From a virus: a stretch of DNA of 64,000 bases. The notes beneath the pieces were generated by a model. The model made no database searches, was not told where the DNA came from, and saw only the letters and a list, made by a program, of their open reading frames with translations. The stretch spans positions 1-64,000 of the IMG/VR virus record IMGVR_UViG_3300025141_008848. One strand, given 5' to 3'. This document shows, one piece after another, positions 37,593 through 46,512 of this stretch. Made by a program: the position numbers and the translations under genes. Positions within the stretch are counted from its first letter, which is position 1, and each line of letters begins with the position of its first letter.

Positions 37593-40500
37593 ATGGCAGA
37601 CGGTAATAAAATATTTGTTTCTCCAGGGGTATATACTTCAGAGAAAGATTTAACATTTGTAGCACAAAGTGTAGGTGTTACTACATTAGGTATAGTTGGA
37701 GAAACCTTAAAGGGTCCAGCTTTTGAACCAATATACATTCAATCATATGATGATTTTACAACTAGGTTTGGTGGGACTTCACCAATGACTTATGTGGATT
37801 CACAAATACCTAAATACGAATTAGGTTATATAGCTAAATCGTATTTAAGTCAATCAAACCAATTATTTGTAACAAGAGTATTGGGGATAAGTGGTTATGA
37901 CGCAGGACCATCATGGAGTGTTGTTACAATAGGAGAATTAGACGGCACTACTTTAACAGGTAGTACATCCGCAACCACCCAACTAACACTACCATTCTTT
38001 ATTCCTTTAACAGGGACAAATGGTACTATTGGGGCTAATTTTTCTGCGAATGATGCTTTACACGATGATTTCTTCAGACAACTTCCTGGAACCATAGCGA
38101 GTCATTTTTACAGTGAACCATATCAAACGGGTGATACAACAGCAGATAATGTGAACACTCCGTTTACAATGAATAATGGTACCACACTACCTAATTTACA
38201 AACATCTTTTATAAATTTCTTTAACGGAGGATACTCCCCAACAACAGTAGCATCAGGGTCAACTTGTTATTCAGGAGGACCAGTTTATTATTCTTCTACT
38301 ACTTTAGCTTCATGGAGTTGTCCACTAGTATACCAATACGGTTGTATACCTGAAGCAGTTGAATCAGCAGCAACAGGTACTACAATTGCAACATTTTCTG
38401 CTGAAACATCAGCACTAACAGTAACTAATGTACTATCCACTGAATGTACTGATTTTTCATCTTACAAAAATGATTCGTGGTATTATGGGTTATTCGATTA
38501 TGTAGATGCGGAATGTTGTACCGGTACAACATTTAGTGGGATATCTTATCAACTATGGTTAAGTGGTGGATGTAATAATGGTGGTGGTCTTAACGCTTGT
38601 ACAGGGGTTACAGGAACAACATCAGCTGGAACTGAAGTATATTCTGGTAATGTTATTGTAGATTTAATTACTTATACTGGTGTTGAACCGTACACCGACT
38701 ATGATGGTATGGTAGTATTAACATTAAGGTCTAGAGGACTTAGTACTAAGGCTTCGGGTGGACCGGTATATGCTTTAACAGCAGACACGGCGAGTTTTGA
38801 TTGTACTGGAGATTATGCTAAAGTATTAACAAATCCATTTGCTTCATTTGGGGTAAGTGCAACCACTACCGGTGGTGATGTATATACATTTAAAACTTCT
38901 ATGGCGAACACTTCACAAGATTATGTGTCAAGAGTGTTTGGTAGAAGTCCATTTGATAAAAAAGAATCTGAGGTTCCTTTATTTGTTGAGGAGACTTACC
39001 CAGCACTTTTAACTGATGGTTGGAAGAAAGGAAAAATTAGAGGGTTACAATGTTGTTTTAAATATTTACCTTCTGCACGAGACATAACTAATACAAATAC
39101 CATTGCGTGGTATATGAGAGAATGGACAACACCAGAAACACCATGGATTGTTTCCGAGTTACAAGGTACGGACATATTCAGATTATTTAAATTCATCTCA
39201 ATATCTGATGGTACAGCAGCAAATAGAGAAATTAAAGTTTCTATAATTAACTTATCATTCGAAAGAGGGGAGTTCGATGTAATCGTAAGAGATTTCTATG
39301 ATACAGACGCAAACCCACAAGTTTTAGAAAAATACACTAGATGTAGCTTAGACCCAACAAAAGTATCCTTTATAGGTAGAAAAATTGGTACTTCTACAGG
39401 GGAATTTGAATTAAAGTCTAAATATACAATGTTATATCTAGGTGAAGGATTGTTGGATGGTGTATTTAAGAATTCATTACCAGCTGGTTTTGAAGGATAT
39501 AGATTTAGAGGGTATGATTGCCCAGTTAATCCACGTATTATTTATAAAACAAAATATTATAAAGCAGGAGAAGTAGTGTATGACCCAGCTTTCGGTAGTG
39601 GTGTAGGTAATAACCAAACTATAAGTGGGGGTGATAAGATAAGTAAAGTTTATCTAGGAGTCTCAAATAGTATAGGAGCTGCTTATGACCCAGATTTCTT
39701 TGAATATAAAGGAAAACAAGTACCTAGTACATTATGTACAGCAGTGGAAGGTGGTGACTGGAATGTAATAACTCCTGGTTTCCACATGGATTCAGGAGCT
39801 ACAGTAGTGTTGGGTGGAACAGGAACTTATTTAGATTGGTCAGGAACTACATTAAATGGTAAACAAGTATTTGATTGTGGTGCCGGACAATTTAATCACG
39901 AACCAACTTTAAGTACTGAACCGTACAAACAACTTAGAAGTCGTAAATTTACAGTTGCTCCACATGGTGGGTTTGATGGTTGGGATATTTACAGAAAAAC
40001 AAGAACAAATTCTGACGATTATAGAATGGGACTAAGCGGATTCTTAGCAGGACAATGTGCTGGAACATCGGAATTCCCACAAGCAACTGGAAAGGGTACC
40101 TTTAAAAAATTAAGTAGTACAGAAGCTAACACAGATTATTTTGCTTATTTAAGAGGTATTAATACATTCAGTAATCCTGAAGCGGTAAATATTAATGTGT
40201 TTACCACACCTGGTATTGATTATGTGGATAATTTAGGTCTAGTAAATGAAACTATTGATATGGTAGAAACTGATAGAGCGGATTCATTATATGTAGTAAC
40301 GACACCAGACTACAATATGTTTGTTTCTAGTACGACAGACCCAGCTAACCAAATAACACCAGAAGAAGCGGTAGATAATATGGAAGACTCACTGATAGAC
40401 TCTAATTATACCGCTACGTATTATCCTTGGGTACAAGTTAGAGATACGGCAAATAACAAACAAATATTTATACCACCAACAGCGGAGGTAATGAGAAATA

Positions 40501-41021
40501 TAGCTTTAACCGATAATATTGCATTCCCATGGTTCGCATCTGCGGGATATACTAGAGGTATTGTGAACGCTATAAAAGCTAGAAAGAAACTTACATTAGA
40601 TGAAAGAGATACTTTATATGTGGGAAGACTTAATCCTATAGCAACATTTAGTGATGTCGGACCAATTATTTGGGGTAATAAAACACTACAAATTAGAGAA
40701 TCAGCACTAGATAGAATAAATGTTAGAAGATTATTATTACAAACTAGAAAGTTAATCTCAGCAGTATCAATTAGACTACTATTTGAACAAAATGATGATG
40801 TAGTAAGACAACAATTCTTAGACTTAGTTAACCCAATTCTAGACTCTATTAGAAGAGATAGAGGTTTAACTGACTTTAGAGTGGTACTTTCTAATGACCC
40901 AGAGGAGATAGATAGAAATGAAATGAATGGTAAAATCTACATAAAACCAACAAGAGCATTAGAATACATATTCGTTGAATTCTTGATAACACCTACTGGT
41001 GCATCTTTTGAGGATGTATAG
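37593..41021 (+). CDS. Contractile tail sheath protein with large insertions
   Basis: SPGVYTSEKD, GPAFEP, YTATYYPWV, PWFASAGYTRG, NPIATF, WGNKT, RINVRRL, FEQND, IKPTRALEYI. Confidence 0.95.
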   Translation: MADGNKIFVSPGVYTSEKDLTFVAQSVGVTTLGIVGETLKGPAFEPIYIQSYDDFTTRFGGTSPMTYVDSQIPKYELGYIAKSYLSQSNQLFVTRVLGISGYDAGPSWSVVTIGELDGTTLTGSTSATTQLTLPFFIPLTGTNGTIGANFSANDALHDDFFRQLPGTIASHFYSEPYQTGDTTADNVNTPFTMNNGTTLPNLQTSFINFFNGGYSPTTVASGSTCYSGGPVYYSSTTLASWSCPLVYQYGCIPEAVESAATGTTIATFSAETSALTVTNVLSTECTDFSSYKNDSWYYGLFDYVDAECCTGTTFSGISYQLWLSGGCNNGGGLNACTGVTGTTSAGTEVYSGNVIVDLITYTGVEPYTDYDGMVVLTLRSRGLSTKASGGPVYALTADTASFDCTGDYAKVLTNPFASFGVSATTTGGDVYTFKTSMANTSQDYVSRVFGRSPFDKKESEVPLFVEETYPALLTDGWKKGKIRGLQCCFKYLPSARDITNTNTIAWYMREWTTPETPWIVSELQGTDIFRLFKFISISDGTAANREIKVSIINLSFERGEFDVIVRDFYDTDANPQVLEKYTRCSLDPTKVSFIGRKIGTSTGEFELKSKYTMLYLGEGLLDGVFKNSLPAGFEGYRFRGYDCPVNPRIIYKTKYYKAGEVVYDPAFGSGVGNNQTISGGDKISKVYLGVSNSIGAAYDPDFFEYKGKQVPSTLCTAVEGGDWNVITPGFHMDSGATVVLGGTGTYLDWSGTTLNGKQVFDCGAGQFNHEPTLSTEPYKQLRSRKFTVAPHGGFDGWDIYRKTRTNSDDYRMGLSGFLAGQCAGTSEFPQATGKGTFKKLSSTEANTDYFAYLRGINTFSNPEAVNINVFTTPGIDYVDNLGLVNETIDMVETDRADSLYVVTTPDYNMFVSSTTDPANQITPEEAVDNMEDSLIDSNYTATYYPWVQVRDTANNKQIFIPPTAEVMRNIALTDNIAFPWFASAGYTRGIVNAIKARKKLTLDERDTLYVGRLNPIATFSDVGPIIWGNKTLQIRESALDRINVRRLLLQTRKLISAVSIRLLFEQNDDVVRQQFLDLVNPILDSIRRDRGLTDFRVVLSNDPEEIDRNEMNGKIYIKPTRALEYIFVEFLITPTGASFEDV

Positions 41022-41042
41022 TATTTATAATAAAATTTAATT

Positions 41043-41948
41043 ATGAAATTTAATAAAAAATTAGTAACAGACACTATAAGTCAACCTAAATCGGGTAAAA
41101 AAGTATTTACGGAAGGTAAAAAACAAAACGTTATTCTTAGTGAAGAACAATTAGATAGACTGCTGTTACAATTAAATGAATCTAGAGAAAAATCTATAAA
41201 TGGTATAATAAAAGATGCTTATGAGTTGATTAGAGAGGCAATTAAGAGTGAAAATTTAGATTTAAGTATAGATAATTATTCTCCAGTACTTACCGAAGAC
41301 CAATCAGAGTGGAGTGGAGGTAGGAATCCAGGTGTTGCTGCGGCGGAAGGTTTAGAAAATGTACTTAACGGTATAAAGAAAGCGTATGACATGATTAAAG
41401 ATAGTGATACGAGAAAGAAATTAGCTAATTCTATTACTAAATTAGGTAATTTTATGACTATTACTGCTGACGCAATTGGAGCCGGAAGAGACCAAAGAGC
41501 TCCTAGAAGTAGTGACTCACTAAGAGACCCACTACCATATCCTGAATTAGAAACCGTAACTGTAGATGATGAAGAAGAAATTTCTGAAGACGATGTAATT
41601 GATGTTAGTGATGTGGATGGGATAGAACTAGTTACCGGTGATGATGAAGTAGAAGACATTCAAGAACAGAAAGAAAAATTAATCCAAGAAGAGATTAAAA
41701 AAATGAAACAAATAATAAAACCACTCACAAAATCAATGTTAAGAGAAGATGAGAGGTGGATGCAAGATGTTAATAAAGATATAGAAAAAAGAGGTACGGA
41801 AGGTGTATTTCATAAATGGTGTGTTGACCATGGATATGAAAATGGATGTTCAAAAGGTTGTTGGGATAAAGCAGAGAAAGCGGGAGACCCGTGGAGAGAA
41901 AGAGCTGCACTAGCAAAAACTTTTTGTGACGATAATCCATATAACTAA
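41043..41948 (+). CDS. Hypothetical protein (putative head-internal)
   Basis: Late motif upstream; VILSEEQLDRL, IQEEIKKMKQII. Confidence 0.65.
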   Translation: MKFNKKLVTDTISQPKSGKKVFTEGKKQNVILSEEQLDRLLLQLNESREKSINGIIKDAYELIREAIKSENLDLSIDNYSPVLTEDQSEWSGGRNPGVAAAEGLENVLNGIKKAYDMIKDSDTRKKLANSITKLGNFMTITADAIGAGRDQRAPRSSDSLRDPLPYPELETVTVDDEEEISEDDVIDVSDVDGIELVTGDDEVEDIQEQKEKLIQEEIKKMKQIIKPLTKSMLREDERWMQDVNKDIEKRGTEGVFHKWCVDHGYENGCSKGCWDKAEKAGDPWRERAALAKTFCDDNPYN

Positions 41949-41973
41949 TAAAACCAATATAAAAAGGTAAAAA

Positions 41974-42486
41974 ATGAAGAAAATTAAATTAAAAGAAGAA
42001 GAATTAGTGAGTCTAATTCAAAAACTAGTTAAAGAAAACCTAGGTAGTGGAAATGGTCAAAACTTTGGAATGATGGGAACACCAACGGCAAAGTATAAAG
42101 AAATGTTTGAAGCTGAAAATATCGAAGAAGATAGTGAAGGTGAAGAAACTTATAACTATGGTGAAGATGAAGGTGAGGACCGAAAAGAAGAAGGTAGATT
42201 AGAGGATGAAAAAGATATGGCTCCCCATGATAGGATTCGTGAGATAGAAAAACATTTAGATGCACTTAAAGATGACATGTCTTATGATGAAGACCATGAA
42301 GATAGAGATGAGGAAGGTGAACATTTTGAGGGCCTAGATAAAGAAGGTACCTATAAAGGAGCACCTAGTAAAGTAGAAAAAAGAGATACGTATGATGGGA
42401 GACCAGGAAAAGTGGTTGGTGTATACTCAAACATAAAAGACCAAAGAAATGAGTCTAGAAAAATAAAACGTACATTAAAAAAATAA
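41974..42486 (+). CDS. Acidic hypothetical protein (putative head-internal)
   Basis: MKKIKLKEEELVSLIQKLVKE leader; D/E-rich. Confidence 0.65.
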   Translation: MKKIKLKEEELVSLIQKLVKENLGSGNGQNFGMMGTPTAKYKEMFEAENIEEDSEGEETYNYGEDEGEDRKEEGRLEDEKDMAPHDRIREIEKHLDALKDDMSYDEDHEDRDEEGEHFEGLDKEGTYKGAPSKVEKRDTYDGRPGKVVGVYSNIKDQRNESRKIKRTLKK

Positions 42487-42492
42487 CTAACA

Positions 42493-42978
42493 ATGAGAAA
42501 TAGATTTAAACTTAACGAAGAAGAAAAAAATAGAATTAGAGGTTTACACGGAATAAGCGTTATAACGGAACAAGATGACGCTTCGTTTGAGGTGGTAAAT
42601 GCTGTGGATGACGAAGAGGGTGTAGTAACAGCAGATACTCAAGGAGAACCAGAGGTTGAAGAGATAGTAGACGACGAAATAACAGCTGAAGAAATAGTTG
42701 ATGTACCAGAGGATGAAGATTCTTGGTTAGAAGAGAGATGGGAAGACCTATCAGAAGTAGTTAGAAATATATTCCGAAGAAGTAAGGCGTTCGCTGCTTG
42801 TAAACCATCAGTAACATCTTGTCCAGCCTTTAATGAGGTAAGTAGAAGACGTAAAAAAAGAATATTACGTGGTATAAGTTTGTCTTGGCCAAAAATAAAA
42901 TGGCCGAAATTTGTGTTACGTTTTCCTAAAATACGTTTTAGAAAAAATCCTTTTAAAGGAGCTGGAAAACATCACTAA
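42493..42978 (+). CDS. Hypothetical protein with acidic N-half and basic C-half
   Basis: LNEEEKNRIRGLH leader; RRRKKR and WPKIKWPKF..FPKIRF. Confidence 0.65.
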   Translation: MRNRFKLNEEEKNRIRGLHGISVITEQDDASFEVVNAVDDEEGVVTADTQGEPEVEEIVDDEITAEEIVDVPEDEDSWLEERWEDLSEVVRNIFRRSKAFAACKPSVTSCPAFNEVSRRRKKRILRGISLSWPKIKWPKFVLRFPKIRFRKNPFKGAGKHH

Positions 42979-43006
42979 ATTCTACCTGCTAAAAAGAAGA
43001 TAAATT

Positions 43007-43031
43007 AAAAGGTCCGGAAGGACCTTTTTTT
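43007..43031. terminator. Bidirectional intrinsic terminator
   Basis: AAAAGGTCC-ggaa-GGACCTTTTTTT between convergent genes. Confidence 0.8.
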
Positions 43032-43266
43032 ATTTCACTAATTTACCAGCATTTAATAATAATAAAACTAATATCATTGGAGCGAGTATAGGGGCTTTAA
43101 GTATGTGGGTAATGATATAGAACACATACCATCTGTTAGTTGGTTCATCCCCTCGTCTAGACTCAAACGATAAATAACCACCATAAATGTCTTTTTCGTT
43201 AATTAACAAAAATACAAACATTAGTATTTGTGATATAATAAGATAAGATATGATATATTCTAACAT
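43030..43266 (-). CDS. Small membrane protein (two hydrophobic segments)
   Basis: YIISYLIISQILMFVFLLI and WYVFYIITHILKAPILAPMILVLLLL. Confidence 0.6.
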   Translation of the reverse strand: MLEYIISYLIISQILMFVFLLINEKDIYGGYLSFESRRGDEPTNRWYVFYIITHILKAPILAPMILVLLLLNAGKLVK

Positions 43267-43330
43267 AATTTTATTTTTTTTTTAAGGGTTAAACTTCTAT
43301 ACTAATATATACGAGTATATTGAAGATAGG

Positions 43331-43909
43331 TTACAATTTTTTAAATCTAAGTTTGGTAAAATAATAGTAATTGTACCCACCAATATTTTCATAAGTCTCT
43401 TGTACATATATATTAATTATTTTATTTTCTATATTTACTACTTCATACTGTATTGGTCTTGATGAACCACCTAAAAGTGAGTAAGTACTTGATATGTCTT
43501 CAGTTATTGTAATGTTATTATTGGTGACGGATAAACCATAGGGGTATATAGAATCACCATTCAGAGTAAATACACCATTACCAGGGATATTTTTGGGAAA
43601 CTCAAAACACCATACTGTTTCATACCTTACTAAAGACTCGATATCGTATAAAGAAATACCATCGTATCTTAAACTACTTTGGACACCACTATCAAACAAA
43701 AATTCTTCACTAGTCTCCTCAGTATCTAAATTTTGTACATACATAGTTCCTTTAACCAAACTCCAACAACCATTTAAAAAGTCTACATGGGTCTGACCCC
43801 CATTATTTTGGGTGGTTGGGTAAGTTGTTGTACAAGGTGGGTATACCTGTTCTTTCACACAGGAAACCAGAACCAACATCAACGACAATATTTTTATTAG
43901 ATTTTTCAT
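43331..43909 (-). CDS. Putative lipoprotein (possibly lipocalin-like beta-barrel)
   Basis: MKNLIKILSLMLVLVS-C lipobox; LNGCWSL; C-terminal KLRFKKL. Confidence 0.7.
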   Translation of the reverse strand: MKNLIKILSLMLVLVSCVKEQVYPPCTTTYPTTQNNGGQTHVDFLNGCWSLVKGTMYVQNLDTEETSEEFLFDSGVQSSLRYDGISLYDIESLVRYETVWCFEFPKNIPGNGVFTLNGDSIYPYGLSVTNNNITITEDISSTYSLLGGSSRPIQYEVVNIENKIINIYVQETYENIGGYNYYYFTKLRFKKL

Positions 43910-43913
43910 ACTA

Positions 43914-43945
43914 CAAAGATAAACAATTAAAATGAATAAACCAAA
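43914..43945 (-). promoter_or_regulatory. Bacteroidota-type housekeeping promoter
   Basis: TTTG-N20-TATCTTTG ending 4 nt before ATG 43909. Confidence 0.7.
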
Positions 43946-43965
43946 TTATTTTATATTTATATTAT

Positions 43966-44832
43966 ATGTCAAAACAAATTATAATAAGTAAAAATCAGTT
44001 AAGTCTTTTAAGTAATTTATTAAAAGAAGAAGAAGTTACGGACTCATCTAATGTTAGAGCGTATTCTTTTGACTGGGATGATAATATCATTAATATGCCT
44101 ACGATTATTAAAATGTTAAAGTCTGGTGATGATGGTTGGGAAAATGTAAGTGTGAGTACTGAAGATTTTGCCTCATTTAGGAATAATAAAGACTATAAAT
44201 TAGATGTGGGTGCTTTTGACAATTTTGTAGATGATGAGGCATTCTTAACAGATTTAGATAAAGCATTAAAAAATAATTCATTCGCCCCATCATTTGATAA
44301 ATTTAAAGAAGCATTAATTTACGCAAACCCCATATCAATTATTACCGCTAGAGGTCATAAACCAGAAACACTAAGGAAGGGGATGGACCTGGTAATCTCC
44401 CACACATTCACCGAAGAAGAGCTAGCCAACATGATAGACAATATACAACAAAATACCCCAGAACTTGATGGACAAAATGCTGATATAATACTAAAAACTT
44501 ATTTAGATAGTCATGATTACCATCCAGTAACTTCTAATTCTTTTACTGATACGTTTGGCCTGGAGGGGGGGTCCGCCGCAAATCCAGAAGAAAATAAAAA
44601 AATAGCTTTAAGAGATTATGTAAGTAAAATAGTGATGAAAACTAAAGAGATGTTGGGTACCAGTTATAATAAATTATCGGTTGGTTTTAGTGATGATGAT
44701 TTAGGTAACATAAACGCGATGATACCTTTTATACGAGAGGTGTTACAGGTGGAGTTTCCTGAGGTAGATTTTATAGTTTACGACACTTCAGAGGGCGGTA
44801 TGAAGAAAATAGTACTAAAACAAACGAATTAA
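43966..44832 (+). CDS. HAD-superfamily phosphatase-like protein
   Basis: FDWDDNI (motif I), IITARGH (II), K (III), GFSDDD..N (IV). Confidence 0.7.
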   Translation: MSKQIIISKNQLSLLSNLLKEEEVTDSSNVRAYSFDWDDNIINMPTIIKMLKSGDDGWENVSVSTEDFASFRNNKDYKLDVGAFDNFVDDEAFLTDLDKALKNNSFAPSFDKFKEALIYANPISIITARGHKPETLRKGMDLVISHTFTEEELANMIDNIQQNTPELDGQNADIILKTYLDSHDYHPVTSNSFTDTFGLEGGSAANPEENKKIALRDYVSKIVMKTKEMLGTSYNKLSVGFSDDDLGNINAMIPFIREVLQVEFPEVDFIVYDTSEGGMKKIVLKQTN

Positions 44833-44903
44833 GTCATTTTTTCTATTACCGATATATTTATAGTATATAATAAAAAACTAACACAGTAAAAAATTAAAAA
44901 ATT

Positions 44904-45392
44904 ATGGCCGACTTATTAATGAAAATGCCGATACCCTACGAACCTAAGAAAAAGAATAGGTTTATAATGAGATTTGATTCATCTCTAGGTATTAACGAAT
45001 GGTATGTAGAAAGTACATCCAGACCCCAAGTTACTATAGGAGCTGTAGAAATACCATTTTTAAATACATCCACATATGTAGCTGGTAGATTTGTGTGGAA
45101 TACAATAAATGTAACGTTTAGAGACCCAATTGGACCATCTGCTTCACAAGCATTAATGGAGTGGGTTAGAGCACACGCAGAATCAGTGACAGGTAGAATG
45201 GGTTACGCGGCAGGATACAAGAAAGATATCGGACTAGAATTACTAGACCCAACTGGAGTTGTTGTGGAAAAATGGATACTTCAAGGATGTTTCTTAACTG
45301 ATGTTAATTTTAATGACTTAGCTTATAGTGATGAAGGTCTTGTAAATATTGCAGCCACATTAAGACCGGATAGGTGTGTATTAGTTTACTAA
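44904..45392 (+). CDS. Tail tube protein (T4 gp19-like)
   Basis: YEPKKKNRF, AGRFVWNTINVTFRD, YKKDI.L.LLDPTG.VVEKW.L.G.F. Confidence 0.9.
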   Translation: MADLLMKMPIPYEPKKKNRFIMRFDSSLGINEWYVESTSRPQVTIGAVEIPFLNTSTYVAGRFVWNTINVTFRDPIGPSASQALMEWVRAHAESVTGRMGYAAGYKKDIGLELLDPTGVVVEKWILQGCFLTDVNFNDLAYSDEGLVNIAATLRPDRCVLVY

Positions 45393-45413
45393 TTAAAAAT
45401 ACATAAATTTTAT

Positions 45414-45438
45414 AAAACCCTTTAATTAGGGTTTTTTT
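45414..45438 (+). terminator. Intrinsic terminator after the tube gene
   Basis: AAAACCCT-ttaatt-AGGGTTTTTTT. Confidence 0.7.
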
Positions 45439-45557
45439 ATTGCTTATCACTTGACTTTATTTGTATAGTTTATAATTCTTATAGCGCAACCTATTTAAAT
45501 TAATAAAAACTAAACATATATATTTACAATTATAATATATATATTAAATTATAAGCT

Positions 45558-46316
45558 ATGCAAGAACAAATGGGACAACAACCCGAAACTATACTACCAT
45601 ATGATGTGGTAACCTTACCTTCACAGGGGATATTTTATAAAAATAAAAAGAAGTCTGTAAAGGTAACTTATTTAAACGCTTCCGACGAAAATTTACTTGC
45701 TACACCATCACTACAAGCAAACGGTGAATTAGTGAATACTCTACTTTCTAGAAAAATTTTAGATAAAGATATTAATATTATGGATATGCCAGAATGTGAT
45801 AAGGAAGCTATTTTGGTTTTTTTACGTAATACAGCCTTTGGTTCAGACTATTCCATAACATTAACAGACCCTAAGACTAAGAAATCTTTTGATACTACGA
45901 TTGACCTCGCTGTTTTAAAAACAAATGAGGTTGGTGTCGAAGTAGACGAAAAAAATGAATTCGAATTTTATCTAGAGGTATCTAAACAAAAAGTAAAACT
46001 TGCGTTTTTAACGCCAGAAAACGAGAGAACATTAAAAACTCTTGATGAGGAAAACAAAAAATCTCCTATTAGTAACTATATGACTAGACAATTAGAAATG
46101 TTAGTTAAAGAGATAGATGGTAATAGACAACCGATGACTATTGCAAACCAAATACAAATAATGCCAATTCGAGACTCCCAAGCTATTAGAAAGATAGTAA
46201 GAGAGAACTCGCCTTCACTAGACCTAACTATCTCCGTGTTAACTCCGTCGAATGAAGAGATAAATGCGAGAATTACATTCGGGGTTGAGTTTTTTCGCCC
46301 TTTCTACGGCATATAG
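45558..46316 (+). CDS. Baseplate hub assembly / tail assembly chaperone (gp26/gp51-like)
   Basis: LPSQGIFY, DENLL, DKEAILVFLRNTAFG..Y, ends EFFRP; between tube and tape-measure-like genes. Confidence 0.7.
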   Translation: MQEQMGQQPETILPYDVVTLPSQGIFYKNKKKSVKVTYLNASDENLLATPSLQANGELVNTLLSRKILDKDINIMDMPECDKEAILVFLRNTAFGSDYSITLTDPKTKKSFDTTIDLAVLKTNEVGVEVDEKNEFEFYLEVSKQKVKLAFLTPENERTLKTLDEENKKSPISNYMTRQLEMLVKEIDGNRQPMTIANQIQIMPIRDSQAIRKIVRENSPSLDLTISVLTPSNEEINARITFGVEFFRPFYGI

Positions 46317-46488
46317 GAATGCCCTATTGCAAGAATTTTATTATTTAATGAGACACCTCCATATATCATGGGTAGACCTCCTGTCTATGCCTACATTTGA
46401 ACGTAGATTTTATATAAACTTCCTAACAGAAGAGTTCCAAAAGAAAAATGAGGCAGTATCACAAGCAAAAAACAAAAACAAATTCTAA
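46294..46488 (+). CDS. Tail chaperone second ORF, probably reached by frameshift
   Basis: +1 frame after TTT-TTT-CGC; EFYYLMRH..SW.DL..MPTFERRFY resembles small T4-like hub-assembly ORFs; true start uncertain. Confidence 0.6.
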   Translation, partial: FALSTAYRNALLQEFYYLMRHLHISWVDLLSMPTFERRFYINFLTEEFQKKNEAVSQAKNKNKF

Positions 46489-46512
46489 CTATTTATAGTA
46501 AAAGTACTATAA

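Noticed and set aside
45451-45476. TTGACT...TATAAT promoter before the chaperone gene
   Set aside because: Spacer is only 14 nt, in very AT-rich DNA
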